Virus record (IMG/VR): IMGVR_UViG_3300032216_000682
Coordinates: 1-34,719 of that record
Reading direction: 5' to 3' (one strand)
DNA length: 34,719 nucleotides
Source: a virus
Lineage: Duplodnaviria > Caudoviricetes
Part shown: piece by piece, positions 25,195-34,598 of the stretch
Layout: the number at the start of each line of letters is the position of its first letter
Position numbering within the stretch: the first letter of the stretch is position 1
Program-made: the position numbers and the translations under genes
Notes under the pieces: model-generated
What the model saw: the letters and a program-made list of their open reading frames with translations, nothing else
What the model was told of the DNA's origin: nothing
Databases searched by the model: none

Positions 25195-26571
25195 TTATTC
25201 CGTTTCTACAGTGACGGTCTTACCACTTTTAAGTGTACGTGTTTGCATCTGACCTTTTGCTGGCTCTTGCGTTTGTGTTGCTCCACCGGATTTTTTTTCG
25301 AACTCAGGGAAGTTAAAAATAACTTTCATTTGCCCTTCATCATATCCAGATTGTTCTGCAATTTGTCTTTGAATACCTAATTCACTTTGACCTTTTTCTC
25401 TAGCAACTTTACGTATAGCCGTTAAAGTAGACTTTATTTTTTTCTGTGTATCCGTTGTTGGAGTACCAGTAAACATCGTAGACGCAGTATCCATTAATCC
25501 GCCAATAATAGACGGGTCTCCACCGGCTTGTTCAACATCTCTACGGCTTAGCGTACCATCACCCAACGCTTTAGCTAATTGAGTACGTGCCGCATTAAAC
25601 GATATAAAGTTTCCAGTTTTAATGGAATCATCAATTGATTGTATCGCCTGATCTGCCGATATAACTGTATTACGAAAAGGTTTAACAGTATCGATAACAG
25701 AACTACGGAATTCAGAAACGCCTTTAACTCCAGCTTTATCTTGGCCAGGCAAAGTTAATTTTATGTCAGTAGAACCTTTAGCTTTACGACCCGTTATTTC
25801 ATTAACCAAAAATTGATCCATTAACTGCGCTCGTTTAGCGGCATTTTCAGGTGTATCTGGATAGCGGGAATTCAATACACGCTCAAACTCACCTAATTTT
25901 TCTTGCGCTGTTTTAGTAGTTAAGTCACCTAACTTTTTAGTATATTCCATTTTGTACGCATCAGAACCTTCAGGCCCTTTTGCAAGCGCGAAATCGCGAG
26001 CGATTTGCTGTTCACGTACAAGCCCTTCTGCTTTAACTGGTAATGAGACAAGCGTATTTTCAATCAAAGCTAGAGCTTGTGCTTTCTCAGGTGAATCAGG
26101 CAGTTGCTCTATTTGTCCTTTACGATTTAAAAGATCAGCGCGGGCTTGAGCAATCAGTAACTCTTTAGGTATAGCTTGCTGACGTTCTCTTCCAGCCGCA
26201 GCAGTGCGTTGTTGCGTTTGCGCCATCTCGCTTTGCGCTTTACGAGCATAATCCGATAGCGTCAATGCAAACTGTTGATCGCCCATTTGCCCAGCTCTTT
26301 GAGCTGCACGCAATATAGACTCAGGATCAGATGGATCAATTTCTTTAGACAGCATTTGGCGCTGCGAGATCATACGCAGTTGTGGGTCTTCGCCACCAAG
26401 CAAGCGACCACCAAAGTCAGCTAATCCTCGGCCACCTTGATATGCGCCGTAACTAGCTTTTTGCATTGGGTCAAGTTGAGCAAACTGAAACGCTTGATTC
26501 TGCGCCATCTGTTGCTGCCCTAGCTGATAGTTTTCTGGCGATGTAAACAGCCCTAGAATTTCGCTTGCCAT
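25195..26571 (-). CDS. Internal virion / ejection protein (458 aa)
   Basis: Gln/Ala-rich helical protein; synteny. Confidence 0.68.
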   Translation of the reverse strand: MASEILGLFTSPENYQLGQQQMAQNQAFQFAQLDPMQKASYGAYQGGRGLADFGGRLLGGEDPQLRMISQRQMLSKEIDPSDPESILRAAQRAGQMGDQQFALTLSDYARKAQSEMAQTQQRTAAAGRERQQAIPKELLIAQARADLLNRKGQIEQLPDSPEKAQALALIENTLVSLPVKAEGLVREQQIARDFALAKGPEGSDAYKMEYTKKLGDLTTKTAQEKLGEFERVLNSRYPDTPENAAKRAQLMDQFLVNEITGRKAKGSTDIKLTLPGQDKAGVKGVSEFRSSVIDTVKPFRNTVISADQAIQSIDDSIKTGNFISFNAARTQLAKALGDGTLSRRDVEQAGGDPSIIGGLMDTASTMFTGTPTTDTQKKIKSTLTAIRKVAREKGQSELGIQRQIAEQSGYDEGQMKVIFNFPEFEKKSGGATQTQEPAKGQMQTRTLKSGKTVTVETE

Positions 26572-26580
26572 TATTGCTCC

Positions 26581-27633
26581 TTAAATACCGAACTCCGTCA
26601 TATTGCCGCTAAAGTCATAGCCTCTACCACCACCCATACCGTAGCCTGTTTGAGCATTAGTTCCGTAGGGATTATATGATCCACCACCAAAAAGGCTATT
26701 TATTCCTTGCTGAATATAAGGACTACTTCCCGCACCCTGCAAAACATCACCTAAAAAACTATATGAGTTAGGGCCTTGCATAGTACGTGCTGCATTTGTT
26801 CCTCCTGCAAACAATGCTTGCGCTCCTACTGTATTAACATTTCTACCGCCTAACTCTGAACCAATATTCAATGGTTGTTGGCCAAGAGTTTCTAATCCAG
26901 TTGCGCCACCAAGGTATGATGTAAATGGCGATAAAGCGCCGATCTGACCTTGTTGATACTGGCCTAGCAAGTTAGCGCCTTGGCCAAACAAGCCTGTACC
27001 GAACGCCAACTGTTGTTGACCGGCTTGTTGTGCTTGAGCAGATAACGCTGCGTCTTGCTGCGCTATTGCGTTGTAGTACGCTTCCAATTCTGGATTACTA
27101 GCGCCAAGGCCAGCGCCGCCGCCTGGTCGCGTACCTGTAGCACCAACAGCTAAACCACCACGACCAGTTTGGAATAGTTGGTTTTGCAGTTGTGAATATT
27201 GACGCTCACGGCTAGGAGCTAACAAGTCTTGCTGGCGCTGCATATACTGAGCCGCTACTTGTTCTGGAGACTGTGCAAGATACTGCTGGCCTAGATTAAA
27301 TAGATTAGACGCTGCACCAGTTAGCGGAGCATACTGACCTTGTGCTGCTTCAGCTTGCGTTAATCCTTGGCCACTAAGGGCCATCAAGCGATCTTGATAG
27401 GCTTGTAGCTCAGGGGATAATTCGTACCCAGCACCAGTTAAGTAACCCTTTTTTGGGTCAAACTGAAAATTACTTTGGCCGAATCTAGTCGTTACCCCTA
27501 CAGGCCTAAACCTAGAAGCCTCAGCAGCTATTTTAGCTGCCCTTACTTGAGCATCGGCTGACGCCTGAGCTGCGTCTTTAGTAGCCTCGCCCTGAAGATA
27601 CGAGCCAACTAAATCAAATAGACCTCCTGCCAT
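26581..27633 (-). CDS. Internal virion / pilot-type ejection protein (350 aa)
   Basis: G/Q/A-rich low-complexity; AKDAAQASADAQ-type N-terminus; synteny. Confidence 0.7.
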   Translation of the reverse strand: MAGGLFDLVGSYLQGEATKDAAQASADAQVRAAKIAAEASRFRPVGVTTRFGQSNFQFDPKKGYLTGAGYELSPELQAYQDRLMALSGQGLTQAEAAQGQYAPLTGAASNLFNLGQQYLAQSPEQVAAQYMQRQQDLLAPSRERQYSQLQNQLFQTGRGGLAVGATGTRPGGGAGLGASNPELEAYYNAIAQQDAALSAQAQQAGQQQLAFGTGLFGQGANLLGQYQQGQIGALSPFTSYLGGATGLETLGQQPLNIGSELGGRNVNTVGAQALFAGGTNAARTMQGPNSYSFLGDVLQGAGSSPYIQQGINSLFGGGSYNPYGTNAQTGYGMGGGRGYDFSGNMTEFGI

Positions 27634-27674
27634 ATCAATCCCCTCTAATTAAAACGTTATCCATTACTCGTAGA

Positions 27675-28613
27675 TTAATCATAGAGAATGTTAACGGTGC
27701 CAGCATCAAATGTTTGAGTGCCGTCAATAGTAAATTGTAGTCTAGTTAACGCTGCTCCAAGAGACTTATGCCCACCACTTCCTCGCGTACCTGCACCAGA
27801 AGAAAGACCTAAGTATCCTGCCTCAGACCATACATTCCCATCGAGATTAACGATAGTAATAATTCCACTCCAAAGATTAGCGGCAGCATTTGAATTTACT
27901 AACTTAAAACCTGTCGAGAACGCTTCTGCTGTTCCTGAAGCACTAGCTACAGTACCCACATAACTAGTTGTTTCATATGAGCTAGATGTTCCTAACTGAA
28001 CCAATATGTCGCCAGTCCCTGATGTGGATAAACCAGCAATTGCTATCGTAATTCGTTTTCCCCACGATGGGATAGTAGTAAACTCAAATGACGTACCTGA
28101 TGCAGTCACAACTGTTTTTGGCGTAAGTGTATTAACAGTCACCGCACCAGAACCACCATTAACACTAGTTACTCCAGAATTAGCAATAGTAGGATTTCCC
28201 GATACTCCATCACCGTTTGTTACTGTAATTCCAGTTCCAGCAGTAATTGTTCTGGCTGTCAATGTATTGGCTGCTGTTCTAGCCGCAATGCCATTAGCAG
28301 CAGTATCCGCAACAGTGCCTAAATTTGCTCTAGCATTAGTCGCTGTTGACGCACCTGTTCCACCATCAGCAATGGCCAAGTCGGTAATTCCACTGATTGA
28401 ACCGCCAGTAATTGTTGCATTAGCCGTTGATAAAGCGTTAAATGTCGCAGTTCCACTAAACGTCGGACTTGCTGAATCAGATTTAGTAGCTATTGCAGTA
28501 GCAATATTATTAAACTCAGTATCAATCTCTGTACCCTTTACAATCTTGCCCGCACTGCCTGAAGCTAACGAGTCTTTAGATGCAAAGTCAGTTGATTTGG
28601 TGTAGTTAGACAT
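27675..28613 (-). CDS. Tail fibre / tail needle-like protein (312 aa)
   Basis: N-terminal EIDTEFNNIATAI anchor, DLAIADGGTGAS, GVTSVNG; T/S/G-rich. Confidence 0.78.
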   Translation of the reverse strand: MSNYTKSTDFASKDSLASGSAGKIVKGTEIDTEFNNIATAIATKSDSASPTFSGTATFNALSTANATITGGSISGITDLAIADGGTGASTATNARANLGTVADTAANGIAARTAANTLTARTITAGTGITVTNGDGVSGNPTIANSGVTSVNGGSGAVTVNTLTPKTVVTASGTSFEFTTIPSWGKRITIAIAGLSTSGTGDILVQLGTSSSYETTSYVGTVASASGTAEAFSTGFKLVNSNAAANLWSGIITIVNLDGNVWSEAGYLGLSSGAGTRGSGGHKSLGAALTRLQFTIDGTQTFDAGTVNILYD

Positions 28614-28623
28614 GTACTGCCCC

Positions 28624-30180
28624 TTAGCTTATACGGCCACGCTTGGCCAAAATTTCAATCTTTTGAATAGACAATTCAAAACCATTAATTTCTGCTTCAT
28701 AACCTGTTTGAACGATTTTTCCTGACCCACTAGATTGCGCATTTACTGTTTGAACTACAATACCGCCGGAATATTCTGCTAGTGGTGAACCATTAGAGCC
28801 ATATTCAGCAACGCCATACTCAGCGACAGTTTGCGTTGGTATTGATATGTTTTGCGATAGATAATTTTCGCTAAAATCATATCCCCACTTAATAGTAATA
28901 ACTTGATTGCTCCCACCAATTAACACGGCCGAGATTCGTTTAAGAATCGATGTAATGGATTGATCGCCTAGATCAGCATGATTGGTGTAGTAAGACAGTC
29001 GATACGTCGATGTATAGTCAAGATACCCGTTATATTTACCAACATAGCCGTTCTTACCAAGAAGCAGATCGCCATTGCGCAGCGCATATAATGCTGTTGG
29101 TTCAATCTTAGTCCATGTGGTTACTCTGGACGATCCATCTTGCATTACACTTCGAGTATCGAATGCGTATACTTGTTTAGCTGTTGGGAACGTTATCAAA
29201 TAAAACGCATCAACTTCTGAATAGACTGCTTTAATATTTGCTGGCGTTTCACCAGCAACTAACTGCATCAGATCATTACGAACATTCTTACTCAAGTCAC
29301 GAAACGGCGCTGACTTTTCTTGTATGGTTCGTAAGACTGAGCGCACACCGCTATTGGATAAAAATACAACGTCGGTATTAGTGCTTTGAATCGAATCGCG
29401 CCATTGGGTACCAATACCTACCACTGTGTCATACAGCGACATTGTGCTAGGTGCTGTCGCCCCTTGGTAAACTAAAATCTGTCGCTTACCAAAGATAAAC
29501 AAGAACCCATTATGTGCTGCTAGGCCAGTAATTTCATCAGCACCATTAGCCCATACGTTATTCACATTCAACGTGCCAGATGTGCCGCCCGTATAAACGT
29601 GGCCAGAAATCAAATCAGAAAACGTGAGCGTCGTTTTATTGCTTGCGGTATTTGCGATCCATAAACGACCGTAGGCTGAAATGCAGATATTTCCTTGCGG
29701 AACTGTACCTGTATACCCAGTTTTTTCGCTTACCCGTCTATACGTCGTAGTGCTAACTGCTGGATCGTAGATTAATGGGTCATATCCAGACTGGAAAAAA
29801 TACGTTATCCCATTAAGCGATGCACAATGCCAATTGTTAGCCGTAATAGTTGGCGCTGTACCACCGCCGCCATACGTCAATTCAACTACACTTGCCCCAC
29901 TTAATTTGAATAACTTATTGTTTCCCGCAAAAAGAGTAGTTACTGATCCATCAGTCTGCACTAACTCATGGATAACACTGACATCATTAGCACCTAAATT
30001 GCCTGAAGCGCTATTTACTCTTGTCCAACCTTTACGAGCGCCAATTCGACCATATTGATCGATCACGCAATTAGTCGCAGTCAGTGCAAAACCAGACGCT
30101 AAATCAAGTGGCGAGTCTTGCGTATTCAGGCCATAAAAGCCTGGCGCAGATACGCTGAAGCGTTCAAGCTGCTGACTCAT
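28624..30180 (-). CDS. Tail nozzle / packaged-DNA stabilisation protein (P22 gp10- or tubular-B-like)
   Basis: 518 aa, beta-propeller-like; GFYGLNTQDSP N-terminus; follows the adaptor. Confidence 0.78.
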   Translation of the reverse strand: MSQQLERFSVSAPGFYGLNTQDSPLDLASGFALTATNCVIDQYGRIGARKGWTRVNSASGNLGANDVSVIHELVQTDGSVTTLFAGNNKLFKLSGASVVELTYGGGGTAPTITANNWHCASLNGITYFFQSGYDPLIYDPAVSTTTYRRVSEKTGYTGTVPQGNICISAYGRLWIANTASNKTTLTFSDLISGHVYTGGTSGTLNVNNVWANGADEITGLAAHNGFLFIFGKRQILVYQGATAPSTMSLYDTVVGIGTQWRDSIQSTNTDVVFLSNSGVRSVLRTIQEKSAPFRDLSKNVRNDLMQLVAGETPANIKAVYSEVDAFYLITFPTAKQVYAFDTRSVMQDGSSRVTTWTKIEPTALYALRNGDLLLGKNGYVGKYNGYLDYTSTYRLSYYTNHADLGDQSITSILKRISAVLIGGSNQVITIKWGYDFSENYLSQNISIPTQTVAEYGVAEYGSNGSPLAEYSGGIVVQTVNAQSSGSGKIVQTGYEAEINGFELSIQKIEILAKRGRIS

Positions 30181-30827
30181 ACCGAGATAAACTCCTGTGA
30201 GTCAGGGAATCGTGTCGCTTCTAAAGCAATGTAGTCAGCCAGCATAGAGCGATATAGATTGTATGCCTCAGATGACGATAATCCGCCATCTTCACCACGT
30301 TCAACCAATGCTCTGGCGTACGCATTTTGCTCAACCAACGTATCAGATACCAATATGGTAGTGCTGTCTGTAGTTAGTATATCTTGCGGAATAGTCAGGA
30401 AAAACTTGATGTTATAAACGCCATCAGGACGGCCATATAGCTGAATTTGAGCATCGCCATTATTGTCAATACCTTCAAAGCAATACTGAGTAGGTGGATT
30501 ACTAACAATAGGCGTGAAGTTTTGCTTTCGACGCATATCGCCAGAGCCAATTTGCTGCATGACGACATTGCTTGTAGTATTTAATGGGTCGCTAGATACA
30601 CGGAATTTTTGACCGGCACCTAATAATGAATAGATATACGTGCCAGCAGTGGTGGTGAGTATTATTTCTTGGCCAAGGACATTCCAATCGTAGGCATCCT
30701 CAACCTGACGCTTGGCATCATTAACAAACTTGCCGATAAGACTTGAATAGGAATTTAAAGCGACAGTTGATACTGTCGGCTCGCGTAGCCGAATCAATAC
30801 TGCATTAACTAATTCCAGATAGGTCAT
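30177..30827 (-). CDS. Head-tail adaptor (tail tubular protein A-like)
   Basis: MTYLELVNAVLIRLRE N-terminus; VNDAKRQVEDAYDW; 216 aa. Confidence 0.8.
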   Translation of the reverse strand: MTYLELVNAVLIRLREPTVSTVALNSYSSLIGKFVNDAKRQVEDAYDWNVLGQEIILTTTAGTYIYSLLGAGQKFRVSSDPLNTTSNVVMQQIGSGDMRRKQNFTPIVSNPPTQYCFEGIDNNGDAQIQLYGRPDGVYNIKFFLTIPQDILTTDSTTILVSDTLVEQNAYARALVERGEDGGLSSSEAYNLYRSMLADYIALEATRFPDSQEFISV

Positions 30828-30895
30828 TCGCTTCCCCGTAAAACTTAACAGAGCCAGCTTTTGCCTATCCCCAATGGGAAGAAGCCTTTGCCCCT

Positions 30896-30925
30896 ATTAT
30901 AAAGAAATTACTTTATCTTTGGCTA
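30896..30925 (-). promoter_or_regulatory. Putative promoter for the tail genes
   Basis: TAGCCA-18 nt-TATAAT on the minus strand. Confidence 0.5.
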
Positions 30926-30970
30926 CCATTTAACCTTGGCATTGATATTGGCATAGAGTCCGTTTTTCAT
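30923..30970 (-). pseudogene. 15-codon ORF MKNGLYANINAKVKW; possible deletion remnant
   Basis: ATGA-coupled to the upstream gene but very short. Confidence 0.4.
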
Positions 30971-31143
30971 TTCATCATCTTCTTTTTTGGTTTAGCCATA
31001 CCAGCTTCAGAAAGTGCAATAGCTACTGCTTGCTTGCGACTTTTAACCATTGGGCCAGTTTTGCTACCAGAGTGCAAAGAGCCAGCTTTATACTCACCCA
31101 TTACCTTACCAACTTTTTTAGCTGCTTTAGTCATCTTTTTCAT
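30967..31143 (-). CDS. Small basic protein, DUF6496-like (58 aa; not in the ORF track)
   Basis: KVGKVMGEYKAGSLHSGSKTGPMVKSRKQAVAIALSEA; ATGA overlap with the upstream gene. Confidence 0.82.
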   Translation of the reverse strand: MKKMTKAAKKVGKVMGEYKAGSLHSGSKTGPMVKSRKQAVAIALSEAGMAKPKKKMMK

Positions 31144-31457
31144 ATTAACTCCGTAACTGTTACTGTGGAAGTAGTGATAGTAGCATCTTTAATGAAAGCA
31201 ATTTTTTGCCCTGGAGTTACAGCAATAATTTCTGATTGATTAATGCCAATTAATGGACTTGCTGCAAGTGAGGCTGTTGGGTTAGTTCCAATTGCAAAGT
31301 GACAGTGCCCTTGAGCGCACGCAATGCGAATCAATGTAGTATTTGCGCCAAAAGCAGTCATCTGTACGCTAGCGGTTGTTACTGTAGCTGCTTGGGTAGT
31401 GCCCATACTGCCCACGCCCAAAGCTACTTGATTAGGGTCTAACTGAAATGTTGACAT
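31140..31457 (-). CDS. Hypothetical beta-rich virion-type protein (105 aa)
   Basis: T/A-rich; SD AAGGA; within the structural operon. Confidence 0.72.
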   Translation of the reverse strand: MSTFQLDPNQVALGVGSMGTTQAATVTTASVQMTAFGANTTLIRIACAQGHCHFAIGTNPTASLAASPLIGINQSEIIAVTPGQKIAFIKDATITTSTVTVTELI

Positions 31458-31459
31458 TC

Positions 31460-31867
31460 TTAGTCCTTAGTTATTGGACCACCAGATTTCCACGCATCAC
31501 AAGTACGAGCAGCTGCACATACAAACTGAAACAAATCACAATACCCAAGATCAGCCGCAGCTATAAACTGCTCATCATACGATAACGTATTAGGCTTTTC
31601 ATCTTTCTCCAAACCACTAAGAATGCACTCCATCATTTTAGGTGTCTGAATAAATGCTGCGCAATTACCACAACGCATCGTTTTTACTGCGGTTGTCGGT
31701 GCGTTATACATTGTGGCTTTTTTTACCCAAAAGACAGTATTAGTCTCATTGGGGTCAGGTGGGCCATAGCCGTATTCTTTGAACGCATGATTTCTATTTT
31801 TCAGATTAACTGAAATATCCTGCGTCGCAATAGGGCAGGTTTTGCCAGTTAATAGTCCTTCTTTCAT
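31460..31867 (-). CDS. Cys-rich hypothetical protein (135 aa)
   Basis: RCGNC...GYCDLFQFVCAAARTCDAW. Confidence 0.78.
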   Translation of the reverse strand: MKEGLLTGKTCPIATQDISVNLKNRNHAFKEYGYGPPDPNETNTVFWVKKATMYNAPTTAVKTMRCGNCAAFIQTPKMMECILSGLEKDEKPNTLSYDEQFIAAADLGYCDLFQFVCAAARTCDAWKSGGPITKD

Positions 31868-32070
31868 CTGAAAAATATCCGATCTAAAATAAATGCAGCA
31901 CCACCGCTAATGGCCGATGCAATGGCCATACCGACCCAGAACCCGCCTTTAGATTTATTGGCCATAGCTAATAGCTTTTTGACGTCGTCGCGCAATGCAG
32001 TAACCTCAATTTGAAGCACTTCAACTTGAGCTTCTAGCTTACCGAATTCACGCAAATCGATGTCAGGCAT
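31864..32070 (-). CDS. Small coiled-coil protein with C-terminal TM (holin-like or XhlA-like architecture)
   Basis: Heptad LEAQVEVLQIEVTALRDDVKKL then GFWVGMAIASAISGGAAFIL. Confidence 0.72.
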   Translation of the reverse strand: MPDIDLREFGKLEAQVEVLQIEVTALRDDVKKLLAMANKSKGGFWVGMAIASAISGGAAFILDRIFFR

Positions 32071-32269
32071 TATCTAGTTTCCTTGGTCTTCCAGGACGTT
32101 TTTGCTCTTCTGGAGGACGCATGATTAGCTGATGTTCTTCACTATTGTCGCCTGAATTTTCAGGTTCATCAATACGAATATAACCAGCATGGCCAGCCAT
32201 ACTATTAATGTCATGCGGTAATATAAACTCAACCGTTTGACCACTTTGAAGACATCTAAACACAGCCAT
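32063..32269 (-). CDS. Small protein with a C-terminal AT-hook (KRPGRPRK)
   Basis: SD TAAGGA; first gene after the capsid terminator. Confidence 0.75.
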   Translation of the reverse strand: MAVFRCLQSGQTVEFILPHDINSMAGHAGYIRIDEPENSGDNSEEHQLIMRPPEEQKRPGRPRKLDNA

Positions 32270-32282
32270 AATAATCCTTAAT

Positions 32283-32308
32283 AAAAATCAGGGGCCGAAG
32301 CCCCCGAT
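32283..32308 (-). terminator. Rho-independent terminator after the major capsid gene
   Basis: AUCGGGGGC-UUCG-GCCCCUGAU-UUUU with a cUUCGg tetraloop. Confidence 0.9.
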
Positions 32309-32317
32309 CTCTAACAG

Positions 32318-33301
32318 TTACGCAGGTACAGCCAAAGCAAAAGCTGCTGAAGACTGCGCAGCTCCAACGCTTGAAGCAGCGCGGAGTGCTTTAACACCAT
32401 AAATAGTATCAGCAGTAAACAGAGTGCCGAGGTACTCTTGCTTGTACTGAGTCTGTGAGCGAACAGCTAATTGCTCAACCAATACCATTGCGTCCTTGTG
32501 ACCCATCAAGCAGATACGGTCAGCACCAGAGCTACCAGCGCCAGTATCAGCGTTTGAGCTAACAAATACGGGGATACCGTATAGGTTACCGATTTCACCG
32601 TTGCGGATGGTATTGCCATTGCCAGACTCACCAACGAATGCTTGCTCAGTGTAACGAGCCAAGCCCATCAATGTATTGCGGCTTGATGGTGGGATCAGGA
32701 AGAAGCGGCCATCCATTGGCGTATCGTTGTCATCTAAACGCTGGATTGTGCGACGGATAGCAGCATCAGTCAGAGCAGCAGCATTCGATGAAGATGAGTT
32801 GTAAGCTGTTGTACCGTTTGAGCCAATATAGGCTTTGGTGCTTGCTGCTGACGTTGCATAGTCATCGGTGCCAACAGTAGCACCGTTAAATGCACGACCC
32901 AACTGAACCAAATCAGTATCAACACGACGAGCCAAAGCATAACCGGCATCAGCAGTGTAGAACTGACGCATTGAATTCAACGCTTGAACTTCAGCGATGT
33001 CTTCGATCAAACGGCTATACTCGTAGTGTTTGTCAATTGAAACTTGAACGTCAGCGTTGCTACCAGCAATCAAGGTAACTGCATCAGTTGCGGCTTTAGC
33101 GGAAGCCGAACCACGAGTTGGTGCTGGAATGTGTACTAAGTCACCTTTTTTGCCACGGAAGTTCATCTTCATGACCAGATTGGCCAAGACGAGATTCTTC
33201 TTGTACGCAGCAATAATCTCATCACTCCAAATTTCTGGAACGAAACTACCTGCGCTAGAGTTAGTAATGCTATTGGTTGGGGAAAATGCTGTATTTGCCA
33301 T
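32318..33301 (-). CDS. Major capsid protein (HK97 fold; P22/T7-like podoviral type)
   Basis: FVPEIWS, KGDLVHIP, GYALARRVD, GEIGNLYGIPVFVS, ADTIYGVK; follows the scaffold, followed by a terminator. Confidence 0.93.
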   Translation of the reverse strand: MANTAFSPTNSITNSSAGSFVPEIWSDEIIAAYKKNLVLANLVMKMNFRGKKGDLVHIPAPTRGSASAKAATDAVTLIAGSNADVQVSIDKHYEYSRLIEDIAEVQALNSMRQFYTADAGYALARRVDTDLVQLGRAFNGATVGTDDYATSAASTKAYIGSNGTTAYNSSSSNAAALTDAAIRRTIQRLDDNDTPMDGRFFLIPPSSRNTLMGLARYTEQAFVGESGNGNTIRNGEIGNLYGIPVFVSSNADTGAGSSGADRICLMGHKDAMVLVEQLAVRSQTQYKQEYLGTLFTADTIYGVKALRAASSVGAAQSSAAFALAVPA

Positions 33302-33327
33302 GTTAATGCTCCTAGATCAAAAGTAAG

Positions 33328-34086
33328 TTATTTGACCCGTCCCTCTTGATACGCCGCCATAATCTCATCAGATAATGCGTCGTATCGGGCCGGATCGTTC
33401 ATTTTTAGCCGAATTAGATCAGCACGGCGGTAAACTCTCTTTGAACTCTCACCACTTCCACCACTATCAACCTGCACAGATTTCATCGTTTGCTGGCGCG
33501 CTGCATTAGATTGCTGCGTCGCTTGCTTCGTCTGAACTCCACGCAACTCTTTATAGGTAGACAACAATTCGTTAGCCGAATCAAAATCAAACTCAGCATC
33601 TGCCCGTTTGAATAAGTCCAAACGAATAGGTGACGACTTAACCCAATTCACAAACCCATCATCTCGAACCACTTGTTCAAAGTCGGGATGTGCTTGAGCT
33701 AGTTTTTGTTGAGTCTGAAGCGCCCTTAGTTCAGATGCGGCTTTACGAGCCTCAATGATGTCGGGGTGCCTATCAATCGTATTACGAACTGCCTTTTGTG
33801 GGTCTTCATAGAAGTCCACTTCCGGCTCTGCCTCTGCAATAGGTTGCTGCCTAGAACTAAGGTTCTGCTTAATCAGTTCATCTGCTAATTTCCGCACTTC
33901 GCCTACTTCTTGCGCTTGGCGTCCAATGACTTTTTCCGCTTCCTGGTGCATCTTCATAACGTCTTCAAGAGACTTATTCCGATAGCGTTCTGGAAGTTCT
34001 GGCTTGTCACGGCCAATCGAAGAATCTAGCTTGGCGTATTCAACATCTAACTCACTAGGCGACTCAGGTTCTTTGTCAATCAACAT
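33328..34086 (-). CDS. Capsid scaffolding protein
   Basis: Acidic helical protein, LPERYRNKS, C-terminal EIMAAYQEGRVK; SD AAGGA before ATG 34086. Confidence 0.82.
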   Translation of the reverse strand: MLIDKEPESPSELDVEYAKLDSSIGRDKPELPERYRNKSLEDVMKMHQEAEKVIGRQAQEVGEVRKLADELIKQNLSSRQQPIAEAEPEVDFYEDPQKAVRNTIDRHPDIIEARKAASELRALQTQQKLAQAHPDFEQVVRDDGFVNWVKSSPIRLDLFKRADAEFDFDSANELLSTYKELRGVQTKQATQQSNAARQQTMKSVQVDSGGSGESSKRVYRRADLIRLKMNDPARYDALSDEIMAAYQEGRVK

Positions 34087-34147
34087 ATTAGGTTTCCTTT
34101 TCCTGCCACTTTTGGTTCTCAGGATCACATAAACAGGCCATTACTGG

Positions 34148-34375
34148 TTATCTGTTCGCTTTTTGCTCCGCAGCGAGTTTCTCTCGATGCCTACGATCAA
34201 ATTGGGCTGCGGCAGTCGGGAATGCTCCTGACCAACCCTCCAATTGAAACGCTGGAGCGGATATTATGCGGTCGGCTTTGCTTCCGCACTCGCATTGAAC
34301 TTGAACCAGCTCATAACTGACCAATTTCTCAATACGATGCCCGTTCTTACAGGCAAATTCATACATTCGGCGCAT
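34148..34375 (-). CDS. FmdB-like zinc-ribbon protein
   Basis: MYEFACKNGH...CECG...RIISAP. Confidence 0.78.
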   Translation of the reverse strand: MRRMYEFACKNGHRIEKLVSYELVQVQCECGSKADRIISAPAFQLEGWSGAFPTAAAQFDRRHREKLAAEQKANR

Positions 34376-34598
34376 TTAATTCCTCATAAGCATCTGAGCT
34401 GACTTGCTTCAAGTTTTTCAGCCATAGCAAAATAGAAAGTTCGCCCTTCTTAAACCGTAAACTTTTCTCATCTTCAATTGCGGAAATATTATTCAACGCA
34501 TTTATCATTTCTTCAATATCTTCCGTTAAGTCTAACCAGCCTTGGGTAGACATCATGGAAAATCGATCTTCATAGTATTTCTGTAATTCTGGAGCCAT
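34359..34598 (-). CDS. Hypothetical protein of the head module (79 aa)
   Basis: LRFKKGELSIL motif; its upstream region is the terminal repeat. Confidence 0.75.
   Translation of the reverse strand: MAPELQKYYEDRFSMMSTQGWLDLTEDIEEMINALNNISAIEDEKSLRFKKGELSILLWLKNLKQVSSDAYEELNAPNV

Noticed and set aside
28006-28605. 199-aa plus-strand hydrophobic ORF
   Set aside because: Antisense shadow of the Thr/Ala/Gly-rich tail gene.
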